Shown one piece after another: positions 1-8,905 of a stretch of 64,000 nucleotides of DNA. How positions within the stretch are numbered: position 1 is the stretch's first letter; each line of letters opens with the position of its first letter. The DNA is from Candidatus Sulfomarinibacteraceae bacterium. Its GTDB lineage: Bacteria; Acidobacteriota; Thermoanaerobaculia; Thermoanaerobaculales; Sulfomarinibacteraceae. The notes beneath the pieces were generated by a model. The model was not told the DNA's origin and searched no databases. It was given only the letters and a program-made list of their open reading frames with translations. Position numbers and translations under genes: made by a program. The DNA lies in the NCBI GenBank assembly GCA_963796455.1, contig CAWCLO010000005.1:155757-219756 (forward strand), written 5' to 3'.

Positions 1-620
1 TGGAGACCGGAAAGATCGTGTTGACCGGCGGAGTTCCAGATCTCGAGAAAAGCCTCCTGATCGCGCTTGACGCCGAGATGCAGACCGCGGTGGTCTGGTC
101 GAGGTCGGATGGCGAACCAAAGAGCGTGAAGTTCGTTGTTGACGCCGTCGACGGATCGCGCATCAGAGTGCTCGGCAACGGAGGTTTCCCGCGTTTTCTC
201 GGCGACGGGCGACTGCTGACCATGGATGTCGGCGCAGAGGGGGTTCCGATCCTCATCATCGAGTCGGTTGATGGCGGCGAGCGGATCGAACACCAATTGC
301 CCGCTGGCAGAGCGGAGCGCCTCATCGGCGAGGTCATGCCGGGCTTGGTGGCCGTCTCCAGACATGTCGATCCGATCGACCCAACCCGGGGAGTGGAAGT
401 CGATCTCATCGATCTCCAGACCGGAGAGGTCCAACCCATGGCTTCGCCCCTCCGTGGACACGTCCGGTCGTCGCCCTGGCAGAACGGTCATGCAGGCGCC
501 ATCCTCTGGTATGCCGAACAACCCGAGGCCCACCGGTTGTTCATCGATCAGACGGGTGCCGTCGTCAGGTGGGAGCCGGGAAGCGGAGAACTGATCCATG
601 TAGTTGGTGGTGGACGGTAG
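1..620 (+). CDS. Partial CDS (5' end outside window), hypothetical protein with beta-strand-rich, propeller-like C-terminus
   Basis: Frame is open from nt 3 to TAG at 618-620; composition looks coding; no diagnostic motif. Confidence 0.6.
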   Translation, partial: ETGKIVLTGGVPDLEKSLLIALDAEMQTAVVWSRSDGEPKSVKFVVDAVDGSRIRVLGNGGFPRFLGDGRLLTMDVGAEGVPILIIESVDGGERIEHQLPAGRAERLIGEVMPGLVAVSRHVDPIDPTRGVEVDLIDLQTGEVQPMASPLRGHVRSSPWQNGHAGAILWYAEQPEAHRLFIDQTGAVVRWEPGSGELIHVVGGGR

Positions 621-631
621 ACCGGAACCCT

Positions 632-698
632 GCAGAGGAGCAGAGGGGCAGAGGGGCAGAGGAGCAGAGGGGAAAGGGGGAAAGGGAGAAAGGGAGAA
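632..698. repeat. Purine-rich octamer tandem array (GCAGAGGR / GAAAGGGA units)
   Basis: gcagaggagcagaggggcagaggggcagaggagcagaggggaaagggggaaagggagaaagggagaa; inverse array at 1267-1312, same-strand array at 43172-43220. Confidence 0.85.
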
Positions 699-756
699 CG
701 CCCGCCCACGAAGGAAGAGCGAACTCCGCAGTTCACCGCAGATGAGGAGGAAATCG

Positions 757-1014
757 ATGAGCAGAAACCGTTCATTGCGCTTGGCGAGTATCTTGTTGAT
801 TGGAGCGATTGGCGTCGTTTTCGCACTCAGTGCTGACGGTATCTTGGAAGCTGATTCGCAGCCTGAGTACAAGTTTGTGCGTCTAACCGATGATGGCGCG
901 ATGCCGGTCATCAGCGATGCGCTCAATCGTGAAGCAGAGCGTGGCTGGGAACTCGAGGAGATGGCCGTGGTGGCGGGTGAAACGGGAACGATCTATCTGG
1001 TGTTCAAGAAGTAG
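757..1014 (+). CDS. Small exported protein, DUF4177-like
   Basis: SD GAGGAGG before ATG 757; N-terminal hydrophobic signal; EYKFV...LNREAERGWEL...LVFKK pattern. Confidence 0.7.
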   Translation: MSRNRSLRLASILLIGAIGVVFALSADGILEADSQPEYKFVRLTDDGAMPVISDALNREAERGWELEEMAVVAGETGTIYLVFKK

Positions 1015-1103
1015 GACGAGAAATCTAGTTTGGTCCATGTCGGCGTGGGTAGACGGTGAGTCGGAACCGGATCTCCAGCTCATCTACCCTTTTCCTATCG
1101 GCC

Positions 1104-1241
1104 GGAAACAGCCGTTGTGGTGTAGGCGTCTCGCCTGCGCACCGTGCGGCCGAGACGGCCGCACCACAAAGACCGGAGCCCCGAAGAAATGGTTGCTGTT
1201 CACTGTCCCTGTGCGCTATCCGAGACTCTGTCTTGGACAAG
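1104..1241 (+). repeat. Modular intergenic element, copy 1 (REP-like doublet plus 3' module)
   Basis: Closely matches 26338-26485, including TTGTGGTG...CACCACAA doublet and ctgtccctg..cgctatccgagac..tgtc.tggacaa tail. Confidence 0.85.
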
Positions 1242-1266
1242 AGCGCATCGAGCATCAAGCGAGCGA

Positions 1267-1312
1267 TCTCCCTTTCTCCCTTTCTCCCCTTCTCCCTTTC
1301 TCCCTTTCCCCT
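1267..1312. repeat. Pyrimidine-rich octamer tandem array (TTCTCCCY)n
   Basis: Reverse complement of the units at the 3' end of the 632-698 array. Confidence 0.85.
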
Positions 1313-1378
1313 ACCGGGAGCATCCGTGCGGAGGGAACTAAATTCCTCACCCATGCGTAATGAAGAATGGAGGACGAG

Positions 1379-1588
1379 ATGTGGACCTTTATTCTGTGGT
1401 TGATTCTGCTGGTGGTGTGTTGGCCGCTGGCCTTTCTGGCCCTGGTGCTCTATCCGATCGTGTGGCTTCTGACACTGCCGTTTCGCCTGATCGGGATCAC
1501 GGTGGATGCGGTCTTCAAGCTGCTCCACTCGATTCTCACGCTGCCTGCACGGGTTCTTCGAGGACCAACCGCGGCAAGCGCCGGGTGA
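1379..1588 (+). CDS. Small hydrophobic membrane protein
   Basis: SD GGAGG; MWTFILWLILLVVCWPLAFLALVLYPIVWLLTLPFRL. Confidence 0.75.
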   Translation: MWTFILWLILLVVCWPLAFLALVLYPIVWLLTLPFRLIGITVDAVFKLLHSILTLPARVLRGPTAASAG

Positions 1589-1634
1589 GTTCAAAAGTTT
1601 GGAGGGGAGGGGATTATCCCCTCCCTTGCATCTT

Positions 1635-2021
1635 TCAGCCCTCTTCTGCAGGCTCTGGAGTTTTGAGCAGAAACGCGGCCAGCTTCTGCAGGTCTTCCTC
1701 TGCGAGGTCGGGATAGCCGAGCATCGCTATCGGGTACTGTTCGACCATGTAAGACAGCCGTGGGTTGGATTCAACAAAAGCCTTGGGGTACTTGAGGTAC
1801 TCGACCAGGGTGTCCTGCTGCCAGCGTTCGGCCAGGGTGTCGAGCGGTGGCCCGGAGCGCTGTCCTTCCCCCTCGGGGCCGTGACATTTCGCGCACCCGA
1901 GATCGATATACATGGCCTCCGGAGTGCCGGGTTCGGGCCCGGAAGCTCCGCATGCGGCGAGAGTCAGAATTGATGCGGCGGCGACGGCGAAGGACGCATA
2001 GACACAGCGGGTGGCGTTCAT
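1635..2021 (-). CDS. Monoheme cytochrome c, probable lipoprotein
   Basis: Signal ending LAAC; CAKCH heme motif; distal Met candidates (YPIAM); SD GAGGAG. Confidence 0.85.
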   Translation of the reverse strand: MNATRCVYASFAVAAASILTLAACGASGPEPGTPEAMYIDLGCAKCHGPEGEGQRSGPPLDTLAERWQQDTLVEYLKYPKAFVESNPRLSYMVEQYPIAMLGYPDLAEEDLQKLAAFLLKTPEPAEEG

Positions 2022-2047
2022 GATGACTCCTCGTACAGGCAAGATTT

Positions 2048-2383
2048 TCAGTCGCCCACCAGGTGGTCGACTTTTGCGGAGCAGATGAAGTCGTTCTTGG
2101 AGATCCCGCCGATGGAGTGGGTGCAGTATCGGATGGCACAGGAGTTGTAGCCCACCGTCATCTCCGGGTGATGGTCCTCGCGGTGTGAGATCCACGACAC
2201 CGCGTTGACAAAGGCCATCGTTTGGTAGTGGTCCTCGAATTGAAAGGTCTTGGTGAGTTCTCCCTCGGCCACCTTCCAGCCCTCCGCGTGACTCAGCATG
2301 TGCTCGAGGTCATGACCGGTGAGGGGAGGCGTATCCGGCGACAGCGATTTGCACGCCATCATCAACAGTTCGTTGTCACACAT
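2048..2383 (-). CDS. phhB: Pterin-4-alpha-carbinolamine dehydratase (PCD/PhhB family)
   Basis: EDHHP motif and THSIGGISKNDFICSAKVD C-terminus. Confidence 0.9.
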   Translation of the reverse strand: MCDNELLMMACKSLSPDTPPLTGHDLEHMLSHAEGWKVAEGELTKTFQFEDHYQTMAFVNAVSWISHREDHHPEMTVGYNSCAIRYCTHSIGGISKNDFICSAKVDHLVGD

Positions 2384-2421
2384 ATTGAATCCTCCGGCCG
2401 CATGATAACCGATTCCGGGGC

Positions 2422-2456
2422 TTGCGTTCTGAAAAAGTTTAGGCTAGCCTAACTTT
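2422..2456 (+). promoter_or_regulatory. DtxR/MntR-type operator overlapping a sigma70 promoter
   Basis: Perfect palindrome TTAGGCTAGCCTAA (2439-2452) within AAAGT...ACTTT; TTGCGT (2422)-N17-TAGCCT (2445). Confidence 0.85.
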
Positions 2457-2459
2457 ATT

Positions 2460-3149
2460 GTGATGCAACTCGAAACCACCCGCCCGGACCTCTCAGAGTC
2501 GCAGGAAGACTATCTCAAACAGATCCTGTTGCTGGAGGAAAAAGAAGCCAAGGTGAGCACCAAGGCTCTGGCCGGTCGACTCAAGGTTCGGCCGGCTTCG
2601 GTGACCGAAATGGTGGGGCGTCTGGCGCAGCTCGGTCTGGTCGAGCACGCGCCGTATCGGGGGTCACGCCTCACCGAAGCCGGCCGAAAAGTGGCCTTGG
2701 AGTTGTTGCGGCACCACCGCCTGCTCGAAACCTATCTGGTGGAGTTCCTGGGCTATACCTGGGACCAGGTCCACGAGGAGGCGGAGCGGCTCGAACACGT
2801 GATCTCGGAACGATTTGAAAAGCGGATTGCAGCCGCGCTCGGCCACCCGACCCACGATCCCCACGGTGACCCCATACCGGATGAAGATCTTCAGATGCCT
2901 TCTTCAGGCCGCCCGATTCAATTGTCGGAGCTCGCGGTCGGCGCCGGTGGAACCCTCATCCGGGTGACGGCTCAAGACGGCGAGGCACTCGACCGCTTCG
3001 GGCGGCTCGGTCTGGGTCCGGGATCGAGGATCGAAGTGCTGGCATACGACGATTCCGAGCTGCGCCTCATTTGTGACGACAAGACAATGGTTTTGAGCCA
3101 GGAACTGGCTCGCAAACTGTGGATCGAGGGAGAGAACAAATGCGAATAA
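2460..3149 (+). CDS. mntR: DtxR/MntR/TroR-family metal-dependent repressor with FeoA-like C-terminal domain
   Basis: SESQEDYLK, RHHRLLETYL, EEAERLEHVIS, DPHGDPIP. Confidence 0.92.
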   Translation: MMQLETTRPDLSESQEDYLKQILLLEEKEAKVSTKALAGRLKVRPASVTEMVGRLAQLGLVEHAPYRGSRLTEAGRKVALELLRHHRLLETYLVEFLGYTWDQVHEEAERLEHVISERFEKRIAAALGHPTHDPHGDPIPDEDLQMPSSGRPIQLSELAVGAGGTLIRVTAQDGEALDRFGRLGLGPGSRIEVLAYDDSELRLICDDKTMVLSQELARKLWIEGENKCE

Positions 3150-4087
3150 AAACACTGGCTGCGGCAATCGCAGCCGCGATTCTCATCGTTGGGTGCGGTG
3201 CCGGCGAAAAGCCAGGAGATCAGGATAGAAAGCTCAGAATTGTCGCGACCACGACGATTGTCGGAGATCTCGTAGGGGTGGTGGGCGGCGAAGATGTGGA
3301 AGTGGACGTTCTGATGGGACCGGGGATCGATCCCCACCTCTACAAGGCATCTGCCGGCGATGTCCGGCGGATGAGCGGCGCCAAGGCCATCATTTACAAC
3401 GGTCTCCACCTGGAAGGCAAGATGAGCGAGATCCTCGCGGAGATCGGCGAGCGAGGAGTGACCACGTTGGCTGTCGCGGAGTGCCTTCCCGAAGAAGATC
3501 TTCTGGAACTCACTGGATTTCAAGACCTCCATGATCCACACGTCTGGTTTGATGTCGGTTTGTGGTCGGGTACGGTGGATTGTCTTGCGGAGGCTCTGAT
3601 CGAACTCGATCCGGAGGCGGCCGCCGGCTACCGCGATCGCGCCGGCGCGTTCAAAGAGGAACTCGCTTCCCTTGACGCCTGGGTCGAACAGCGAACCGCA
3701 GGGCTCGAAGCCGAACGACGGGTGCTGGTGACCGCACACGATGCGTTTTCATACTTCGCCCGCGCCTATGGTTTCGAAGTCCGGGGTCTCCTGGGTGTCA
3801 GTACCGCCGCCGAGGCCGGAACCTCGGATGTGAAGGATCTGGCCGCCTATATCGTGGATCGGAAAATCCCAGCGATCTTTGTCGAGACTTCGGTCTCGCC
3901 CCGTTATGTCGAAGCCTTGCAGGAGGCGGTTGCCGCCCGCGGTTTTGATGTGGTCATCGGTGGGACCCTGTACTCCGACTCTCTCGGGGACCGCAATTCA
4001 CCTGCGGGTTCCTACGCGGGGACTGTTCGTGCCAACGTCGAGACCATCATCGGAGCGCTCGAGGTGGTGGAGGGGACGGGGCAATGA
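3140..4087 (+). CDS. troA: Mn/Zn/Fe ABC substrate-binding lipoprotein (TroA/PsaA cluster)
   Basis: Lipobox IVGC; GIDPHLY, DPHVWFD, TAHDAFSYF, LYSDSLG. Confidence 0.92.
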   Translation: MRIKTLAAAIAAAILIVGCGAGEKPGDQDRKLRIVATTTIVGDLVGVVGGEDVEVDVLMGPGIDPHLYKASAGDVRRMSGAKAIIYNGLHLEGKMSEILAEIGERGVTTLAVAECLPEEDLLELTGFQDLHDPHVWFDVGLWSGTVDCLAEALIELDPEAAAGYRDRAGAFKEELASLDAWVEQRTAGLEAERRVLVTAHDAFSYFARAYGFEVRGLLGVSTAAEAGTSDVKDLAAYIVDRKIPAIFVETSVSPRYVEALQEAVAARGFDVVIGGTLYSDSLGDRNSPAGSYAGTVRANVETIIGALEVVEGTGQ

Positions 4088-4879
4088 AGGTTTCGAGATC
4101 TCTTGTTGTTGTCACGCTTGCGGTCTGGGTTTTAGTGACGGGCTGGACCCACGAGGTGACGGCCAAGGAGCCGTTGGTGACCGATCGGCCTGATTTCACC
4201 GAAAGCTCGAGTTCGGTCGGAGCGGGTGTGATTCAGCTTGAAGCAGGGACGACCTACTTCGAGACTTCGGGTGGTTCGGATGTGTGGACCCTTGGCGAAG
4301 GTCCTTGTCCGCTGGGGTGTCATTGAAAAGCTGGAACTGCGATTTGTGCTTCCGACCTATTCATGGGAACGCGGAGGCGGTGATTCGAGTTCGGGTTTCC
4401 TTGGTACTTCTGTCGGTTTCAAGTACGACCTCAAAGAGGGCACGGGCAGTGGTTTCATCGGCGGGATGGAGGCTGCCGTCATCGCCTCGACAACCGTTCC
4501 GACCGGAACCGCGGACTATTCGAGCTCGGCCTGGCAACCGTCTGCCGTGGCCTCGGCTTCCTGGGAACTGGGTCCATCGGTCGGTCTCGGAGCCAACCTC
4601 GGTCTCGGCAGGCCATCCAACGGTGAGGAACGATTCACCAGCCTCTGGTTGAGTGCCGCTCTGGGCGTCGGTATCACCGACACGACGTCGGTTTTCTTCG
4701 AGCTCTTCGGTTTTGATCGCGAAGAAGACAGGGGCCCGAACACTCTGACCTTTCAGACCGGCGTCGTCTATTTATTGAGCCCTGATCTCCAGCTCGATCT
4801 GCGGGCGGCGCGGCGGCTGAGCGGCGAGGGAGTCAATGTTCTGATTGGTGCCGGAGTCTCATGGAGACTTGGAGGATGA
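4084..4879 (+). CDS. Outer-membrane beta-barrel, MetA-phenol-degradation/COG4313-like family; split by +1 frameshift near 4300
   Basis: Signal peptide, [11 protein letters not shown]...QLEAG, terminal GAGVSWRL; removing one G in gaaggtcctt joins ORFs 4084-4326 and 4238-4879. Confidence 0.75.
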
Positions 4880-4881
4880 TC

Positions 4882-5643
4882 ATGTCCGAGCCCGAAAACC
4901 AGTGGGCGCTGGAGGTCGAAGATCTCACCGTGGCCTACGCCGAACAACCGGTTTTGTGGGATGTTGATCTCCAAGTTCCGGCCGGAATCAAGATGGCAAT
5001 TGTCGGACCGAACGGAGCCGGGAAGAGCACGTTGGTCAAGGCCGCGATGGGCCTGGTGCAGCCGGTGGCTGGCGAAGTTCGGGTCTTTGGCCGGCCATTC
5101 GACAGGGCGCGCGGCGAGATCGCCTACGTGCCGCAACGATCGACTCTTTCATGGGACTTTCCGACCGACGTTCTCGATGTCGTCACCATGGGCACCTACG
5201 GCAGCCTGGGGTGGATTCGGAGAGTCGGTGCAGCACAGAAACGTGATGCAGAGTCCGCTCTCGAGAAGGTGGGCATGACCTCGTTCATGCGGCGGCCGAT
5301 CGCCGAACTCTCCGGCGGCCAACAGCAACGGGTGTTGCTCGGAAGGGCTCTCGCTCAGGATGCGCCGATCTATATCCTCGACGAACCATTCCAGGGGGTC
5401 GATGCGCCGACGGAGCGAGCCATCATCGGTGTCCTCAACCAACTCGCGAAGGACGGCAAGACAATTCTCGTGGTCCACCATGATCTCCAGACGGTGCCGG
5501 AGTACTTCGACTGGGTGCTTTTGCTCAACGTCCGTGCTTTCGATTTCGGACCGGTGGAGGAGGTCTTCACCGAGGCGAATCTGCGCCTCACCTTTGGCGG
5601 ACGGGTCGGTGTGCTCGCGGATCAAGAGGTGGGTAAAAGCTGA
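4882..5643 (+). CDS. troB: Metal ABC transporter ATPase (TroB)
   Basis: [23 protein letters not shown]. Confidence 0.92.
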   Translation: MSEPENQWALEVEDLTVAYAEQPVLWDVDLQVPAGIKMAIVGPNGAGKSTLVKAAMGLVQPVAGEVRVFGRPFDRARGEIAYVPQRSTLSWDFPTDVLDVVTMGTYGSLGWIRRVGAAQKRDAESALEKVGMTSFMRRPIAELSGGQQQRVLLGRALAQDAPIYILDEPFQGVDAPTERAIIGVLNQLAKDGKTILVVHHDLQTVPEYFDWVLLLNVRAFDFGPVEEVFTEANLRLTFGGRVGVLADQEVGKS

Positions 5644-6764
5644 TGGATCTCTTCGCGGACTATACCTTGCGACTGGTGGCAGTCGGGTCTGCTGTCCTTG
5701 GGGCGACCAGCGGTGTGCTCGGTTCCTTTGCTTATCTCCGCCGTCAGAGTCTGTTGGGAGATGCCGTCAGTCATGCGGCCTTGCCCGGGATCGCGCTGGC
5801 CTTCATGCTGACCGGCTCCAAGGCGCCGCTTGTTCTGATGCTCGGGGCGGCTCTTGCCGGTTGGTTGGGAACCCTCGTGATGCGCGGGATCGTCGCCCGG
5901 TCGCGGGTTCCATTCGATAGTGCTCTCGGTATCGTGCTCGCGGTGTTCTTCGGTCTCGGCCTCGTCCTGTTGACGGCGATTCAAAAACAACCGAATGCCG
6001 CCCAGGCCGGGCTCGACAGCTTTCTTTTCGGGCAGGCGGCCTCGTTGTTGCGACGCGATGTGATCACAATGAGCGTGCTCGGTTTTCTGGCCCTGCTTTT
6101 TGTGGCGGCATTGTGGAAAGAATTCAAGGTCCTCAGCTTCGATCCCGATTTTGCCGCCAGCATCGGCCTGCCGGTACGGAGGCTCGACGGTCTGTTAACC
6201 CTGTTGCTGGTCGTCGCCATCGTCATCGGTTTGCAGACGGTGGGGGTGGTTCTGATGAGCGCCATGATCGTCGCCCCGGCTGCGGCGGCGCGGCAATGGA
6301 GTCGCCGCCTCGCGCCGATGGCCTTGATCGCGGCCTCGATTGGAGTGTTCGCCGGGGTTGCGGGGTCGATCGCGAGCTCGGTGGTTCCTCGCCTGCCGAC
6401 CGGACCGACCATCGTCCTCATTCTCAGTGCGGTGGTCCTGATTTCGCTTTTTTTGGCTCCGCAACGAGGCCTCTTGTGGCGGTGGGTGCGCCTCGGCCAC
6501 CTCCGTCGTGCGCCCGACATCGACCCGGTTTTGATCCATCTCTATGCGCTTTCCCTGCACCACCTCGATGATCCCGAACACGGGCACTCGATCGCCGTCC
6601 TGCAGACCATGAGTCCGGTTGAGGTCGATGTCCGGTCGGCGCTCGACAGGCTGGCCAATCGAGGCCTGGTGCGACAGGCCGCCGATGGTTTGTGGGCGCC
6701 GACCGAAATCGGCCGTCATCACGCGGCGAAGATCGTCGATCAGGAATCGGGGGGGTTCTCATGA
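5643..6764 (+). CDS. troC: Metal ABC permease (TroC) with C-terminal winged-helix-like extension
   Basis: LLGDAVSHAALPG, FLFG, FDPDFA; soluble ~90-aa tail. Confidence 0.88.
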   Translation: MDLFADYTLRLVAVGSAVLGATSGVLGSFAYLRRQSLLGDAVSHAALPGIALAFMLTGSKAPLVLMLGAALAGWLGTLVMRGIVARSRVPFDSALGIVLAVFFGLGLVLLTAIQKQPNAAQAGLDSFLFGQAASLLRRDVITMSVLGFLALLFVAALWKEFKVLSFDPDFAASIGLPVRRLDGLLTLLLVVAIVIGLQTVGVVLMSAMIVAPAAAARQWSRRLAPMALIAASIGVFAGVAGSIASSVVPRLPTGPTIVLILSAVVLISLFLAPQRGLLWRWVRLGHLRRAPDIDPVLIHLYALSLHHLDDPEHGHSIAVLQTMSPVEVDVRSALDRLANRGLVRQAADGLWAPTEIGRHHAAKIVDQESGGFS

Positions 6765-7882
6765 GCCCTGAATTCGAAATCGTCCTGATCGCGGTGGTGA
6801 CCGCTGTCGCCGCTTCACTGCCGGGCACCTATCTGGTGCTGCGGAGAACGGCGCTTGTCTCTGATGCTATCTCGCACGCGATTCTTCCAGGAATCGTCGT
6901 TGCATTCCTGGTGACCCGTGACCTCAACTCGCCGTTTCTGCTGTTGGCGGCGGCGGCGACCGGGGTCCTGACCGTCTTTCTGATCGAGAGCCTGTTGAAA
7001 TCGCGGCTGGTGCCGGAGGACGCATCCATCGGTCTCGTCTTTCCCGTTCTGTTTTCGATCGGGGTGATCCTGATTTCCCGCTGGGCGGGCGACGTCCATC
7101 TCGACACCGACGCGGTCCTGCTCGGTGAACTCGCCTTTGCTCCCTTTGATCGGATGATCATCGGCGGCGCTGACCTCGGTCCCAGGGCACTGTGGACAAT
7201 GGGCGTGATCCTGATCCTCAATCTGATGCTCATCGGCCTCGCGTGGAAAGAGCTCAAGCTGGCGACGGTGGATCCCGGGTTGGCCGCACTGCTTGGGTTT
7301 TCTCCGGTTGTGGTGCACTACTCGTTGATGGCAGCGGTTTCAATGACCGCGGTCGGGGCCTTTGACGCGGTCGGTTCGATTCTGGTTGTGGCGCTGATGA
7401 TCGCGCCCCCAGCGACCGCCTACCTGCTGGTGGATCGATTCAAACCCATGTTGTGGATCGGTGCCGGTGTGGCGGCGGCCAGTGCGGTGCTCGGCTTTGC
7501 CGCGGCCTTTGTCCTGGATGTGTCCATTGCCGGGTCCATGGCGGTGGCGAGCGGTTTGCTCTTTGGACTGGCTTTCGCTCTGGCACCGCGCCGCGGACTC
7601 CTGGCCCAGACGCGACGACGCAGTTCGCAACGCCTCGAACTCGGTCTCCGCATGTTGGTTGTCCACCTCATGCACCATCAGGAGACGGCTGCGGAAGCCG
7701 AAGAATGTCGGGTCCCCGGGCTCCACCGTCATCTTCGGTGGTCCGAGGCCCGAACCCGCCAGGTTGTCCGGGAGGCCCTGAACCGTTCTTTGGTGAGGCG
7801 ATCCGGTGAGCTTTTGCGCGCGACCGGCGAAGGGCGTTTTCTAGCCGATGCAGCCGTGGTGGGTGAGACCGGCGACTCCTAG
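6761..7882 (+). CDS. troD: Metal ABC permease (TroD) with C-terminal winged-helix-like extension
   Basis: [27 protein letters not shown] overlap with troC. Confidence 0.88.
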   Translation: MSPEFEIVLIAVVTAVAASLPGTYLVLRRTALVSDAISHAILPGIVVAFLVTRDLNSPFLLLAAAATGVLTVFLIESLLKSRLVPEDASIGLVFPVLFSIGVILISRWAGDVHLDTDAVLLGELAFAPFDRMIIGGADLGPRALWTMGVILILNLMLIGLAWKELKLATVDPGLAALLGFSPVVVHYSLMAAVSMTAVGAFDAVGSILVVALMIAPPATAYLLVDRFKPMLWIGAGVAAASAVLGFAAAFVLDVSIAGSMAVASGLLFGLAFALAPRRGLLAQTRRRSSQRLELGLRMLVVHLMHHQETAAEAEECRVPGLHRHLRWSEARTRQVVREALNRSLVRRSGELLRATGEGRFLADAAVVGETGDS

Positions 7883-7970
7883 TGAGCGCATGCGGATGAG
7901 GCGGGGCGAGTGCCTCACCCGGTGGCCGAAAGTCACTCAATCGCGGTACAATAGCCTTTCTGGAGGGCCC

Positions 7971-8444
7971 ATGAAGGTTCTTGAAGGACATCTCGACGCA
8001 GAGGGTCTGCACTTTGCCCTCGTGGTGAGTCGATTCAACGAGGCACTCACCTCACGTCTCGAGTCCGGGGCAGTGGATTGCCTCGTGCGGCACGGGGCCA
8101 TGGAAGACGACATCACGATCGTCCGGGTGCCGGGTGCATGGGAGATCCCGATGGTCGCGGCACAGCTCGCCCGTGGCGGCAATTTTGAGGCCATTATCAG
8201 CGTTGGCGCGTTGGTGCGCGGAGGCACGGCTCACTTCGAGCTCATCGCTGCCGAGGTCGCCAAAGGTCTGGCGCAGGCCTCCATGAGCACCGGCGTGCCG
8301 ATGACCTTTGGTGTCATCACCGCCGAGACGCTCGAGCAGGCCGTGGAGCGCGCCGGCACCAAAATGGGCAACAAGGGCTGGGAAGCGGCGCTGGCCGCCA
8401 TCGAGATGGCTCGACTCAAAGTCGAGCTGGACAGGGGAAAATAG
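7971..8444 (+). CDS. ribH: 6,7-dimethyl-8-ribityllumazine synthase
   Basis: [29 protein letters not shown]. Confidence 0.95.
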   Translation: MKVLEGHLDAEGLHFALVVSRFNEALTSRLESGAVDCLVRHGAMEDDITIVRVPGAWEIPMVAAQLARGGNFEAIISVGALVRGGTAHFELIAAEVAKGLAQASMSTGVPMTFGVITAETLEQAVERAGTKMGNKGWEAALAAIEMARLKVELDRGK

Positions 8445-8491
8445 TGGATCAGTCGGTCGCTTCGTTATCCCTCGAAGAGAGGGAGCCATAG

Positions 8492-8905
8492 ATGGGAACC
8501 CGACGGCGAGCTCGCGAGCTTGCGCTGCAGCTTCTTTATCAATCCGAGCTGACCGATTCTTCACCGGAAGAAATGCAGGCCGGTTTTGAAGAGTGGCGAA
8601 ACTCAACCGAGATCGTGCAGGGATTTGCCGATGGGCTCCTCCGCGGAACCCTCGAATACCTCCCTGAAATCGATGAAGAACTCGTTCGCCAGACGACCCA
8701 CTGGCGCCTCGAGAGGCTCGCGGCCGTCGATCGGAATATCCTTCGCCTCGCCATGTACGAGCTGATTTACGAAGAAGGGACCCCACACGCGGTGGTCATC
8801 GACGAGGCGATCGAGATTGCCAAAAAGTTCGGCGCCAAAGATTCGGGTCGTTTTGTCAACGGTGTGCTCGACGGATTCGTCAAGCGGAGAGCCAAGGCCG
8901 GATGA
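8492..8905 (+). CDS. nusB: Transcription antitermination factor NusB
   Basis: RRRARELALQLLY, DRNILRLA, FVNGVLD; follows ribH. Confidence 0.95.
   Translation: MGTRRRARELALQLLYQSELTDSSPEEMQAGFEEWRNSTEIVQGFADGLLRGTLEYLPEIDEELVRQTTHWRLERLAAVDRNILRLAMYELIYEEGTPHAVVIDEAIEIAKKFGAKDSGRFVNGVLDGFVKRRAKAG

Noticed and set aside
1604..1626. Hairpin GGGAGGGGA-TTA-TCCCCTCCC between convergent genes
   Set aside because: Plausible terminator but lacks a clear U-tract on either strand; not called
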